From the human T2T-CHM13v2.0 reference genome, Homo sapiens: a DNA stretch of 64,000 nucleotides. The stretch lies in assembly GCF_009914755.1 (NCBI RefSeq), contig NC_060943.1. One strand, given 5' to 3'. Positions 11,948-26,080 of this stretch are shown piece by piece; position 1 is the first letter of the stretch; the number at the start of each line of letters is the position of its first letter. The position numbers were made by a program, and so were the translations under genes. Under the pieces are notes generated by a model, which made no database searches, was not told where the DNA came from, and saw only the letters and a list, made by a program, of their open reading frames with translations.

Positions 11948-12169
11948 AAAATAAAGGGAAAATTCCCATCTTCCACCATGCTTTGCAATAATTTCACTAC
12001 TCTGAGAATATTTATACTCTTGATTACTGAACTTTAAAAATGTTCTAGAAAATGGAAATGGACCCAGTGGAATGAGGGAACTAAGGGATGAAAGGCACTC
12101 CACAAATACGCATCAAGCTGCCACAGGCACCAGGCAGGTTGCCGCACACTGTGCAGTGCAGAGTTTTGT

Positions 12170-12262
12170 TTCTCTAGGCCTCTATTTCCTTCTTTGAATG
12201 ATACGGGGCACTTGGGTAATATTTGTAAGGTCCTTCCTCGGCTACATGTCTATCATTTTATG
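12170..12262 (+). mobile_element. MIR fragment
   Basis: ctaggcctctatttccttctttgaatg...gtaaggtccttcc...tcattttatg resembles MIR core/3' end. Confidence 0.5.
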
Positions 12263-12899
12263 GCCTTTCAGAGAAGGTAAAGAGCCGAGCTGTAAAGTCG
12301 CTTAATCTGGTTCATTCTCTGCAAACGCCAACCTCACCAGCACTCAGCAAGTGGAGTAGTTCCTCTGTGCTTTCTTCTCTAGACTGAGCTTGACACGCAA
12401 AGCCCCTGGCTGGATAGAAGGAAGGGCTCTGGAAGCTGGCACAGCGAATGCCCTGGATCAGGCAAGGAGGGGAGGAAAGACTGGGTGTTCCCAGTCACTG
12501 TGCAGATGGTGAGAAGTCAACAGGGGTGTGGGGCAGGGCTGTCGAGAACCTGGTCCCCACCAGGCTGGCTTCAGTAGCCCAGGGGTAGGCACCGTCCACC
12601 GATTCGACCCAACAATGCATCACATGTGACCTTGGGAAATTCCGCTACTGTCTCCAACAGTATTTGAGAGTATTTAAATTCCTTGTTGCTACTTAACTTT
12701 CTGTGCATTCTTGCCTGAATTCTCTAAGGGAGGGAACCTTACTTCCTTAGTCTTGCATGCAGTAGCTGAGCAATGGACAGCTGCTGCCTCATTTCAAGTA
12801 GGTGAGTGGGGGGTCATGTCCAGGAGCAAGGAGTTGTAACAGCCTTTGTTAACAGGATCCCCCATTCTCTCTGCAGCCTCCCACATGGGCCCAGTCCAG

Positions 12900-13485
12900 C
12901 CACTAGCATCTCTCACCCCATCCCCAACCAACTCCCTGACTCCAGCCCCAGCCCCTTTAATCTCATCTCCAAGCAGAAGCTGCTGAGATTAATATAGAAT
13001 ATCAGGCTGGTCATATCACCTCCCCATATAACACCCTCAGTAACTTCCCACTGGGCTCGGAAGAAGATCCAAATTCCTCAAAGCAGCCCTGAAGGAAGGG
13101 AGTCCTCCACCATTTGCCCGGTTCCCCTCCAGCCCCTCTCAGCTTCTGAGATGCACCAAGATCTCTCATTCCTTACTTTCTAGCACTGCCTCCTCTGCTG
13201 GAAACCCTGGGGCAGGTGCAGTGAAGTGGAGAATGCGGGAACCCACCCTTCCCCGGGCCTCAAGGAAAAGGCTCTTGGGGATAGCAGGGTTTTGACCCCA
13301 GCTTTTGTCCCCTTATCCATGGGGATCACTTGTGTATGGCCAGATATTCCAACACATTGTCAGCTTTGTGTGGTCAGGACGAGACCCCACACACCCACAC
13401 CCCAGTTATCAGCCGCAACCCTACCGTCCGGCCCAGAGTGGCCACTCAATACATGTCAATGGGACGAATGAATGAATGAATGAAT
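12900..13485 (+). mobile_element. L2 3' region ending in (TGAA)n
   Basis: Degenerate L2 motifs (catatcacctcccc...accctcagtaacttcccact...aagatccaaattcct) and tail cactcaatacatgt...gaatgaatgaatgaat. Confidence 0.65.
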
Positions 13486-13797
13486 ATCATAGACAGCTGC
13501 TTCACACTTCCTAAATAGCTGCCAAAACATCCTGAATGGATCCTGAGTCCAGCCAGTCCCAGTGCAAAGCAGATGTGCTGGGGTGAGACCCAAAGTCCAT
13601 CCTAGGCAAGTTCTGTCTGAGAGTGACTGGCACATTCAGCAATGCCACTTCGTGATTAAAGGTCTCTGGGGTAGACAGGATGACAGAACCCACCACCAAG
13701 GAAGATGGGAGGAGACACCCCAGTCGGTGGTCTCCTTGCATTGGAGCCTGCCCAAGCTGTGCCCACACTCAAATACCCTCTTCAGGAATGCATTATC

Positions 13798-14092
<295 letters not shown>

Positions 14093-14101
14093 GGAAAAGT
14101 A

Positions 14102-14407
<306 letters not shown>

Positions 14408-15019
14408 GGAAAAGTGAAAGTGAAAGAAAAAGAAAAGAATGCATTATCATCCCTCTATCCCTCTTTTCTCTTGAGCAAATAAGATGGGAACCTCTGCTGC
14501 CAGCTCCCATGGAGGAGGCAGCTGGACTGTGAGGGGGAGGAGGTTCTCATTCAAACCAAACCAACAGCTGCAAAGATGCAAAGAAGCACACAGAAGTGAT
14601 CAGGGACTAGCAAGTGAGAGGCCGACTGGGCACCCGCATTCCACGCTTCCCCAAGTCCCTCCATTGAAAGAGTCTCTCAAGATGTGAGCCCCTGCGGAAT
14701 GGCTGCACCCGCTTCCCCACACACATCTCACTTTCCTTACCCCACCAATGAAGACTGTGTGCTTAAAGCAACAAGACAGCCATCGATCTCTCAAGAGCTG
14801 AGTGCCAAGGACACATTTCCAGACAACTGCCTGAACTGAAGAACTTGGCATGCACAGAACCAAATGTGACTCCTGGGTAGAGACACACATGGATGAGAAA
14901 TAAAAGCTCCCAAAGTTACAAAAGCTTTCTGCAAAGTTCTATAGCCCAACAACCTTGGAAGCCCACATGATGGAAAAACAAAAAAACACAAAGACAAAAC
15001 ACGGATCCTGCCTAATATG

Positions 15020-15180
15020 AGCACGTTTATGAGCTGTGTTCACATTCACACATTCATTGCATCTGGTCCTCTCAATGGTCAAGGAAGGTGGAAAAATCAT
15101 CTCCATTTTGCAGACAAGGAAACAGGGATTCTGGCTAGTTCCACAGCACACTTGCACTGAGGAACCAGTTCTGACCCCAA
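15020..15180 (-). mobile_element. MIR
   Basis: atcatctccattttgcagacaaggaaacagg matches MIR core (cccattttacagatgaggaaactgagg). Confidence 0.65.
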
Positions 15181-16039
15181 GCCCTCTGCTGCAACCCCTT
15201 GGGATGAGTCACTGGAGGTAGATGGGGCATTTGCCTGAACTCCTAAGACCCACACCCGGGGTCCAGTGTCAGGGGACCACACAGGAAGTGTGGGAGGGAG
15301 CGCCCTGTCCCCGGAATGAGGAGTGGGCAGCCACGCAGAACCTTCTCAATTCCCCCACTGGGATCCACACCTACCCTTCCAGGAGGGTCCAGCATCCCCA
15401 CCCTCAGCTCACCAGTGGTGTGGCTTTCACACCGTGGATGCAGGGATGACAAACGTATCATGTCCGGGGAGAGAAGAGAGCTGGCCCACCGTGGCCATCA
15501 AGGGTCTGGAGACACCAATTCGTTAATATTTATTGTCATCATTAACTAAATTCAACCTCTAGGTAAAAAGAAATTAATATGTGTCATATAAATATAAAAC
15601 AGTAAGCTGGGGCATAACGGAATTCATTTCTGGGCAAGGTGGAATTACTTTCATCACACAGTTAGGAATCTCTCCCAAAAGATAAAGAGGAAGTGTTGGC
15701 TGGGACCTGCACTCTCCAACCACGGGGGCCACGGATGGGCAAGTCGTGGGTGGGAGGGGGCACTGGGTGTGGGTGGAAAGAAAGGAAAAGAAAGTATGGC
15801 TGTGTCCCGCTCCCCAATGCAATTTCCAAGTAAAATGCCCTGTGAGAGTTAGCATTTTCTGGGCTGAAATAAAGGTTCTGAAGTTATAACCCTCCGTTTC
15901 CCCTGGGAAGGTGCTTTGCTGGCTAAAACTGTTTATAGATTCCTTTTCCGCATGTCTTCTTATTACGGATAGCCCAGAAGAACACCCCTCTTTGCAATGA
16001 GTGCCTCTGGTCATCCATCCATAAGGAGCCCTGTGACTG

Positions 16040-16330
16040 TGATGGAGGAAAGAGTAGAGCCAGGAGGGAGAGGAAGAGGCAGGGAAAGGAGAAGAAAGGA
16101 CCGAAGAGGGAAGGGGCCATCAAGTCATCCAGGGTTTGAGAAGGGGTCAGAGAGAGAGGAGGGGGCCCAGCAGAGAGAGGACAGAGGGAGAAAGAGAGAT
16201 GGGAGAGGAAGAGAAGAATCCACTAGGGCTGGCGTAGGGGAGAGAGAGGCCACCAAAGGGCATGGGAGGTAGGAATGGAGAGAGAGAACACAGGTAATGG
16301 AGATTTGAGAAGAGACAAGGACAAAAGAGG
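16040..16330. repeat. GA-rich low-complexity (polypurine) tract
   Basis: Strongly purine-skewed plus strand. Confidence 0.75.
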
Positions 16331-16535
16331 TTATTTTCTGGAAAGGACTCTATGACAAAGAGGGCCTGGAGCCTGTGAGTTCTGGTACAGAAGTGGCCCT
16401 CAGGATGGCCACCAAGGTAAAAGAGGATGGACCTAGGGGAGCCGCTATGGGTCCATTCCAATGCTGGGGCCTCCGGGCCTCCTTTCCTCCTGCTTCCCTG
16501 AATACTCAGATTTTCAAATGACAGAGGGTGATTTC

Positions 16536-16697
16536 TTTTTCTGTTTTTTTTGAGACAGGGTTATGCTCTGTTACCCAGGCTGAAGTGCAGTGGTGCAATC
16601 ACAGCTCACTGCAGCCCCGAACTCCTGGACTCAGGCCATCCTCCCGCCTCAGCCTCCTGGGTAGCTAGGACTACAGGCACTAGATACCTCGCCAGGA
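16536..16697 (-). mobile_element. Partial AluJ/FRAM-like monomer
   Basis: tttttgagacagggttatgctctgttacccaggctgaagtgcagtggtgcaatcacagctcactgcagcc. Confidence 0.85.
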
Positions 16698-17167
16698 TAA
16701 GAGTGCTTTATTGTTTTTTGTTTGTTAATCCTTTTTTTTATTTAAATAATAATTTAACTAGCCGAAGGGGATGGAGGAAGGATGATGGCTTGGGAAGGTG
16801 GCTGTCAGGTGTGTTTTCCCAAGCAGGCTCTCCAGGACTCATGCACACCAGTCTCTGCAGACCCTCCTGCCCTTTCCTCAGAGCCAGAATCAACTTCAAC
16901 ACATGCCTAAGCCCTCAGCAGGCACGAAGTCCTCTTCTCTGCTGCAGAATGTGCTTGGACAAGGAAAAATGCCAAGAGGCTCACAAGGCATCTTGACCAC
17001 TTCTCACTCCCCACTTACCTGCCTTCTTCACACTTGGGCCCACAACAGAGCAGACCCCAAGGAAATGGCAGGAGGAGACAGGAGGGGACAGTTCAAAAGC
17101 CATAGCAACCCAATGTGGAGAGCCGTCCAAGAGGGCAGTAGCTGGACTCTGGAGAGGACCTGCCGAT

Positions 17168-17438
17168 TCTCTGCTCTGTCGCCCAGCCTGGAGTGTAGTG
17201 GTGTGATCATGGCTCACTGCAGCCTCTAACTCCTGGGCTCAAGTGATCCTCCCACCTCAGCCTCCCTAGTAGCTGGAACTACAGGTAAGCACCACCATGC
17301 TAATTAAAAACAATCTTTTTTTAGAGTTGGGGTCTTGCTGTGTTGCCCATGCTGCTCTGGAACTCCTGGCCTCAAGTGATCCTCCAGCGTCGGCCTCCCA
17401 AAGCACTGAGATTACAGGCTTGAGCCACGGAGCCAGGC
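17168..17438 (-). mobile_element. AluJ lacking tail
   Basis: gctctgtcgcccagcctggagtg...tcctgggctcaagtgatcctcccacctcagcc...attacaggcttgagccac. Confidence 0.9.
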
Positions 17439-17489
17439 AGGATCTGCTGTTTCTGCATTGGATTTTTCTCTGGGAAACAATGTGATGTT

Positions 17490-17600
17490 AGGCAGGGAGG
17501 CCCTGGGTCTCAGCTTCTGCCCTGCCATGGATTAGTCCTGTGGCTGTGATGACTGACTTCACATCTGTGAGCATCAGTTTCTTCATCAACAAATGGGAGG
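17490..17600 (+). mobile_element. MIR fragment
   Basis: ttcacatctgtgagcatcagtttcttcatcaacaaatggg MIR core. Confidence 0.55.
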
Positions 17601-20600
17601 AAGGAATGGGAAGATGCAACTGGTCACATCCGCCTCCCAGGTGTTTGCAGGCAACCAAGGATTTCATAAGGAGTGGGCATAAAGGACTTTTCTAAGTTAA
17701 AGAAACTCTGCAAATAGAGGTGCACCAACTGCACAGGGGCTGTGCTCCACACAGCTCCACACAGAAGGCCTCCTGCTGTCGGGAATCTGGGAGGCACGGC
17801 CAGGGGATGACCCCTAGGCTCACCCCTCCTCTTGTAAAGGCCTCTGGGTCTCCCAGACCCTCCATGCTGACCTCATCACAAAAGGAGGAGGTGGGGGGAC
17901 AAGCACCAAGCCCTGCTGGGGTGAGAGCTCCCACTGGGGCTTGGGTTCTGTCCCTCCTCACTCTGGGCAGCCTTAAAATGGGGGCTGCAGAAAAGGAAGA
18001 AAGCCAGACAGAAAAGAGAAGAAAAAGGGAGGGAAATGGAGGGCAAGGAAAGGAGGCAAGGAAGGAAGAGACGATGTCAGAAGCACGCCTGCAGCATTAG
18101 TGTTCCTGACCAAGCACAGCTCTCCTCCCCGGGCCCCAGCCCCTGGTATAGGAATTCTAGGAAGGTAGCGGGCAGGACCATGGATTCAGTCCCGCTCCAT
18201 CCCACTGCATGGATCTGACTGGAGATCCCCAGTGCCCCACTCCCAGGGGTGGGGTTCGGAGCCAGATGCCCTGCAGCACGGTTCTGGCTGGGGCGGCACC
18301 TCAGACACTGGCTCTCAGATTGGCTGCCACTGTCCCTGTAGCCCCTAGCCCCCAAGCTGGGCCGCGTTCTCCTCCAGGCTGAGCCCAGACCCCATGTCCG
18401 CTGGGCTTCTGCCTTGAATCACCTTCCTCTGTGTCAGGGAAAGAGCTCAAAGTCCCCAGAAAATTTCACCTAAATCTCAGCTTATTCTCAATACACCTGG
18501 AAAATCTGGATGAATTGATTCATTTGACAAAAGAATATGTGCTTGACAAAGGACTCATGGAAGTGCCTTACACACTGTGCCCCCTGGGTTATGCTTATAC
18601 AGGGCTCTCTGCTGTACAAACGTGCTGCACACCTTGCTATGATGAAGCAAGGGGATCCCCTTCTCAGGGGAACCACACCTGCCATATCAGCTGTGTCTGA
18701 CGCCACCCGATTTGGGGCCTAGAGCTATCCCCAGATGTCCTGAGGTCCCACACAATGGGCTGCTCAGAAGCAGCTGCCCCTAGACCTGGCCCAGAGCCCT
18801 GGTGGGTGTGAGGGATAGATAGACAGGGAGGAAGCTCAGGCCTGGATTGCCACTAACCAAACACATTCCCCCTGGCCCTCAGAGAACATGACAAATCAAG
18901 ATGGAGGTGCACCCTCCTGGCTCTTGACCGGGAGGGGCTCAAAGCAACAGTGTGAAGGCAGGACTTCCTTTTTGTGCAAACAGAGAGAGGAGATGGCAGG
19001 GGGAAGTGTGGGATGGAATGGAGGGGGCTTAGCTAAACACACACTGGGGGGTACCAATATGCTTGGATTGCATGTTGGGCTTCTGTCTAGTTATTAAATA
19101 AGCAGGGAGAAAAAAAGGGTTCTAGAGGACTGTTTATACCTGGTACCGAGGAGGTGACAATTCAGTGGGGAACACAAGTCTTCTCCATCTATCCACCTGG
19201 GCACCCGGAGTCACCTAGAGACGCTACCTAGGATGATGGAGGTCATGGCCTCTAGGGACAAAGAGAAAATGGCATTCTTGGATGGTACCAGGGAGACCAG
19301 GGGCCTTCCAGGCATCGCTGCTGGGCTTTGGAGCTCCCCAGAAACCAGGGGAATACCCAAGGGCCAGAGGATCCAGAAGGGCATGGTTTGGCTCTGGGGG
19401 AAGGAAAAGTGGCTGCAGCTGTAATGGCCAGGACTTCTGCAGAAGGCTGGCCATGGCGGGATGACAACCTCCCCTAGATTGATTGCTCTTCCCACTAGCA
19501 AGGTCAGGAATATTAATTTTGTACACGCTAATTTGATGTAATGTGTGAGATGAATGCTTGTTCAGTTGGGTATCCCTGTGTTAATAAAGCTGCAATGCTT
19601 TCATCCCAAGAAAAGCATGGCATTAGCTGATTGGTGAATAAAGTCAGTGTGAATAAGGAAACACCATGCTTTAGCACAGCCAGAGTGGCCAGTGGTGGCG
19701 TAAGCCAATGACAGGCTGCGGCTGCTCCTCTAGGGAACCCATGGCAACGAGGCTTCCCAGAACACCTCCTAGCTGCTGGAAGCCCCAGCCGGTTCAGAAG
19801 ACTCAGAGCCCAGGATGAGTCCTGTTCCTCCAGCGGTGATGGGAAACAAGAGTCCAAGAGTTCCAGAAGCCAAACCTGGGGCTCCCAAAACTGAGTTAAG
19901 AAAGACACTGCCTGAAGCTTCTTTCTTTGAATTCTTGCTGCAATGAAAGAACCCCATTGTACCACCGTCTAGCAGCTCCTCCCCAGAACAATCTCCCTCC
20001 CTTCCCAGCACTCTTCATGAGGGGGATGGCTCAGAAAAGGAGGAGGCCAGAACATCAGGAAGCTCTCCAAGATCAGAAAGAGAAGGCAGCTTCCCTGTCT
20101 CTACAATGACTCTCTTCCAATGCCTTCTGGGGAGCTTGCTCTGCTGCAGTTAGGGCACCAATCCCAGTACAAACAAAAATAAATGTATCAAGGAGGCATT
20201 CACAGGACAAAAACCACTGCCTCAGACAAATCTTCAGATAACAAAGAATAAATAAATACTCACTTTGGGGACCATCTGAGTCACCTACTGTCCTTGGCTT
20301 CAAGCACATTTAAACTGACTGGGCATCAAACCAATGGTGGAAGCCCGCACCTGTCTGCTGTCATGGGGAGTCCATACACTCACTCTGTGTGCCCTGGAGG
20401 AGTGCTTCACTGCTGAAATCACCTTAATCCATTTAAGCTACAGGGCAGAGTCATCATTCAGCCAGCCCGGTGCTGGGCCCATATCTGGGTTGACAGCAAT
20501 CAGTTTGTCCTGGTAGCCAGCGACGGTCTATACAGTGAAACATGGCTTCCGGAGCCAGGGTGCATTTTTGCAAGACTGGTAAAGGAAGTAAGCTGCCTGT

Positions 20601-21214
20601 GGGTGCCGTATTCCCATTCCTCTTTGAGTTCAATACATTTCCAAGCACACTGCCCTCTCAGAATAAAGAATCCAGGGTCTGAACCTCTTCCCAATGTCCT
20701 TTTTACCTTTTATTCTACAAAAGCCATGAGGTAAATCCTGGCCTATATTGGATCCAATAAATTAGAAGAGTAACTTCATCCAAAGAAAGGATTCTCTCAT
20801 CTTGGTGGAATAGGAATTGGGTAAATTATTAGGGGCAGGGGATGTGCTTGACCTTCTCAAATTGCATACATGAGCAGAGGGATTCTCAGGGGGTAGCTGA
20901 TGTCTTTAACGAGGCAGTTCATTGAGGCAGTTTATGGAACCAAGGAACTCTTGCCTGCCTATACACTTGGTGATCTAAAAACCTGGGAAAAGCACAGTTG
21001 AGAATTGGGCAGCAGGCTGTGAAAATTTGGGAACAGTCCTTAAAATGGGCCTCTTCAGGTGGCTAAACATGTACAACTCAAACTGTCACTGGGACTTGCT
21101 GGCTTTCCTCCAAAATACTAAAAGAGCTATATCCAAGGGGAAGGTAAATGGATGGCTAACATGAGATGGGAGTTAAGATTTACATGGAAGACGAAGCAAC
21201 TGATTCACTCAACA

Positions 21215-21785
21215 CATCTACCCATCCACCCAGCCAACCCTCCATCCATCTACCCATCCATCCATCCATCCATTGAAAGACTCATTCATCTATCCATCCA
21301 AAAACCTATCCATCCAAAACCCATCCACCCATCCATCCATCCATCCATCCACCCACCCATTCATCCATCCAAAAACATATCCATCCATCCAAACACCCAT
21401 CCATTCATCCATCCATATATCCCTCATCTGTTCATCTCATTCTTCTAGCCATCCCAAACCCATCCATTCAAAAACTCATCCATCCATCCACCCATCCATC
21501 CAACCAAAAACCCATCCATCCAACCAAAAACCCATCCATCCAACCAAAAACCCATCCATCCAACCAAAAACCCATCCATCCATCCATCCATTCAAAAATT
21601 CATCCATTCAAAAATGTATCCATCCATCCAAAAATCCATCCATCCATCCATCCATCCAAAAATGTATCCATCCATCCAAAAATCCATCCATCCATCCATC
21701 CACCCAAAAACGTACCCATCCATCCAAAAATCCATCCATCCGCCCACCCACCCATCAACAACCCAAAAACCCATCCTTTCATCCA
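21215..21785. repeat. (CCAT)n-derived complex tandem repeat with 20-bp and 48-bp higher-order units
   Basis: caaccaaaaacccatccatc x4 exact (21501-21580); 48-bp unit starting at 21609, 21657, 21705. Confidence 0.95.
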
Positions 21786-21860
21786 ATATGTATTAGACAC
21801 TAATTATATACTCCAGATGCTTTAGGGTTAGGAATAAGTAAACAAAGTAAATAGCTCAGA
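21780..21860 (-). mobile_element. L2 3' end fragment
   Basis: caatatgtattagacactaattatatactccagatgcttt resembles reverse L2 tail (aaatatttattgagcacctactatgtgccaggcact). Confidence 0.5.
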
Positions 21861-22818
21861 ATTACAGGCTATACTTTTATGTACTCAAGGTGGCCTTGGT
21901 TAAACACAGAGCACAAGGGCATTAGAGAATCATACATCTGCACAAATGTCTTAGCTCGATATTCAAAGCCCAGGTTAACCAAGCCCCACTTTACCTTCTA
22001 TGTTTTATTGTCCACTGCCCCCTCCACACACAGAGATGCTAGTCTTCCCTGATAACTTTCCTTTGATCTTGCCTTGATTGATGCTGTTTCTTCCATTTTA
22101 CATATCATGCTTGGTCTTTTCACATTCCCCTCCCTGTCCTCCAAGGTCCTGCTCATTCCATGTCCCCCAGGAAGTCCTTTCTCACCTGTCTCATTGAAAG
22201 TGATCTCTTTAATTTCTGTGATGAGACAATGAATGGAAAAGTCCCCTCTAAACTCTAAAGCCTACAGAAATATAAGAAATTATCAGCATCATTGTATATC
22301 TCTTCTGGCATTTATCTCTTGTAGTTTTAGAGTCGCTGATCCTGTGCATAAATTCTCTTTCCATATACACTACAGGAGCATTTCTTACCTCTGTGCCCTT
22401 TGCATGGCCTGGCATGACAACTGTACTCAGTAACTTCTGGTCCAATTCTTTTAGTTTGGATGGCGCTGCTTAGGCTAAGAACCAACAAAGACCAAGGGTC
22501 ACTTCAGGTAGAAGTTTCCACCACCTTCCTCAACGGCTCTCGAATGCTGGGCTGAGAAGTCCCACGTGCTCTCTGACTTCCCATGCATCTCTTCATTCCT
22601 CATTCCCACGTCACAGAACAGAGACACTCCAGTAAGAACCAGGGCCACCAGGGTATCTCAGTTCTGGCGAAGTTCCTCATCTTATGACCACAAGGAAAAC
22701 TTGGAGAGAAGATGTTCCCAGTGACCTCAGAAAAGTTTAGCCCTACCCTTTCTGCACTGAGCACCTGCATGGTAGCCACCATGACTAAGTGACCTTCTTA
22801 AGGTCTGTAGCACTGCCT

Positions 22819-23112
22819 GCATTGAGCCAGGACTGATCCAGCATTCAGCCAGCATTGACACAGTATTCAGCCAACACTCAGCGAATTCTCATCCAGGACT
22901 CAGCCAGCACTTAGCCAACACTCAGCTAGCACTCAGCCAGCACTGACCCAACACTCACCTAGCACTCAGCCAGGACTCAGCCAGCCCTGACCCAGCACTC
23001 AGCCAGCGGCACTCAGTCAGCACTTAGCCAGTACTCAGCACTCACTCAGCACTCAACAAGCACTCACTCAGTATTGACCCAGCTCTCAGTTAACATGCAC
23101 CCAGGCCTCACT
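22819..23112. repeat. Degenerate 11-bp minisatellite, consensus CAGCACTCAGC, roughly 25 copies
   Basis: cagcactcagc variants repeated at 11-bp period. Confidence 0.9.
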
Positions 23113-23499
23113 AGTGTGCATGTGAACACTGTTTGGATGGACAGTGAAAAAATCATTCTAGCCTGCTTGAAGGAACAAAGGTAATGGTCAAATGTTTCAA
23201 TTTTTAAATAATTTTGACTGACATATACATGCCTACAGATTTCAACCTCATGTCTATATATTAAAACAGCTTTTCTCCAACCAATATATAATCTATTGAC
23301 TGGTTGGCATCACAATATATGTTTCCTCTTAAGTATCCCATCTCACATTTTTATATTGACACTTATATAGTCTGAGTTGGGTGTTTCTTATGCTAGATCA
23401 GGAACCCTTAACACCTTACCATCCATCACAAGGAAGAGAGACAGAAAAGAGAGAGAGAAAAGAAACAATATAATAATGAGAACAGCACTCTCACTAACT

Positions 23500-24365
23500 G
23501 GTTCATGCCTTGCTTGCCTTCTTGTGGAGAATAATTTTGTAGTATATATCAAAATTGAAAATATCTACACTCTGACCCAGATAGCAATCTTTACTACAAA
23601 AACATTCATACATCATACATAGCCCCTCAACAATAACAAAAAAACCCCTCTATGATTAAGGGTGTTCTCATCAGTATTTCTTAGAATACCAAAGAAGTGA
23701 ATAAACAAACTAAAGTATACCCATATCATGAAATACTATGCAGCAACTCACAAGGACGATAAGACAGAGATACCAGTGTCAGAGAAGATATGGAACACTG
23801 GAACTTTCCAGTACCAACTGTTACAACCATTTTGAAAATCTGTTTGTCAGTATCTACGAAAGCTACACTTACACATACTCTGTGTGACCTGGCAATTCTA
23901 TTCCTAGATCTAGACCCATTAGATGTGCATATGTATTTCATCAAAAGACCTGTACGCTGATATCCTTTGATACGCTATTCACAACAGCAAAGCAACTGGA
24001 AAGGATTCAAATGTCTACCACCAGTAGAGTGAATAAATACACAGTGTCCTGTCCACATGCTAGAGTGCCATGCCACAGACAAAATCAACTGTTATTCAAA
24101 ACAACATGGGAGGATCACAGCAACAAAATATTTTATGAATTCATTTATGTAAATTTCAAAATCAGGCAAAGCTCACCTGTGGTGTTAAAAGTCAGGACAG
24201 CAGTTACCCTTTGGAGGTGGTGGCTGGGGAAGGGCTGTGGAAATCCTGGAACACGAAATGTTCTGCCTCTGGACCTGGGCCCTGGAGGCACAGGTGTGTT
24301 CACCTGGGGAAAATTCCACCTACACTTATATTCGTATGCTGGCCTTTTTGTATGTTATTCTGCAT
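23500..24365 (+). mobile_element. Old L1M (ME-like) 3' fragments
   Basis: acaaccattttgaaaatctgtttgtcagtatct...gacctggcaattctattcctag...caaatgtctaccaccagtagagtgaataaa typical of L1 ORF2 end/3'UTR. Confidence 0.75.
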
Positions 24366-24384
24366 AAAAAGGTTCTTTAATAAT

Positions 24385-24600
24385 AATTTCAACTTTGGGG
24401 TTCAGGGGGTACAGGTACAGGTTTATTACATGGCCATATTGTGTGATGCTGAGGTTTGGGCTATGATGGATCCCATCACCCCAGTAGTGAGCATGATATC
24501 TAACAGGTGGTTTTTCAGCCCTTGCCCCTCGCTTTCCCCCACTCCCATCTAGTAGGCCCCAGTGTCCACTGTTCCCATCTTTATGGCCATGTGTACCCAA
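24385..24600 (-). mobile_element. L1PA(13-16)/L1PB-type 3' end
   Basis: ttcagggggtacaggtacaggtttattacatggccatattgtgtgatgctgaggtttggg...tcccatcacc. Confidence 0.85.
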
Positions 24601-24768
24601 CTGCTTACAAAGTTTAAAAATAATGATAATTCTCTAATTTCTCATATGAGGAGATCTCTAAGACATAGCAGAAGGTAGGAAAAGAAAATAAGTCTCACAA
24701 ACACAAACATGGGTCTCTGTTTTCTGAGCAAGTTTGTGTGTGTGTGATTGTATGTGGGCACCCAGTGA

Positions 24769-25236
<468 letters not shown>

Positions 25237-26080
25237 TAGTACTGTGACATTTTGAAAGTTATAAAGGAATTTTTATTTGTAGCATGCACCTCCTGTGTGT
25301 CAGGCTCTATACTGGGCACCGTCAGCCTAGAAGACACAGTGCCTGGTCCCAGGGAGTGGGCATTTGGGGCTGCATGCCTGGGAGTCAGTGGAGAGTGGGT
25401 TCTGGCACTGGGGGTCAGTCACAAAGGAACAGGGGCCTCAGGTGCCAGCTCCACAGAATGTCAAAGGGCCTGGGACAGCTCTCCAGCCTCTCACCTTTGC
25501 TCTCTTCCGTGGCAGCATTCTCAGCATTCTAGGTGAAAGTGTCACCCACAGTGACAACAAACTATGGGAAAACAGAGACATAGGCAAACTATGTGCTGCA
25601 GTCCTAATTTTGACCTCAGTGGGAGCGGGAGGTGGGAGGCTGGAAGGGTGTTGGGCAATACCCAAAGCATCCAGGGGGCATAGCACCCCTAACCACAGGC
25701 AGGGTCTTGTCCCCCATTGTGGGAATCAGCGGGTTTCAGGTCTGTCCCTTCCTTTCAGGTTCAGGCTTGTTGTTCGAGGCCAACTGCCTCCTCCACTGGG
25801 CACAGTTCTCAGCTCCCCACATCCCCTCAGAGGATCCCTCCTGCGGATCACGTCGCCAGCATTCCCAGGTCCCTGTGGTGGACTACTCGGGGTAGGCGTC
25901 TGTGTGGCAGGCAGGACAATGGAGACAGATGTGCAGTGAGACCTCTCTGGGCCCCACCCTTCTGCTGTGAAGACTGAATAAGATAACTACCAAGAGTAAG
26001 GGTAGCTTATTCCCTTCCTGTCTCTTTTTTTTTGCCCATTCCTAAGAACTGCAGAAAGTTCTACAACCTCGATTTTCTAA

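Noticed and set aside
11401-11997. 198-aa ORF and other ORFs with [20 protein letters not shown] peptides (also 14132, 27461, 40465, 50728, 61504)
   Set aside because: Translations of Alu sequence
21152-21803. Pro/Ser/Ile/His-rich and Trp/Met/Asp/Gly-rich ORFs
   Set aside because: Translations of the (CCAT)n repeat
21501-23112. Tandem repeats as a CRISPR-like array
   Set aside because: No unique spacers, no cas genes, eukaryotic context
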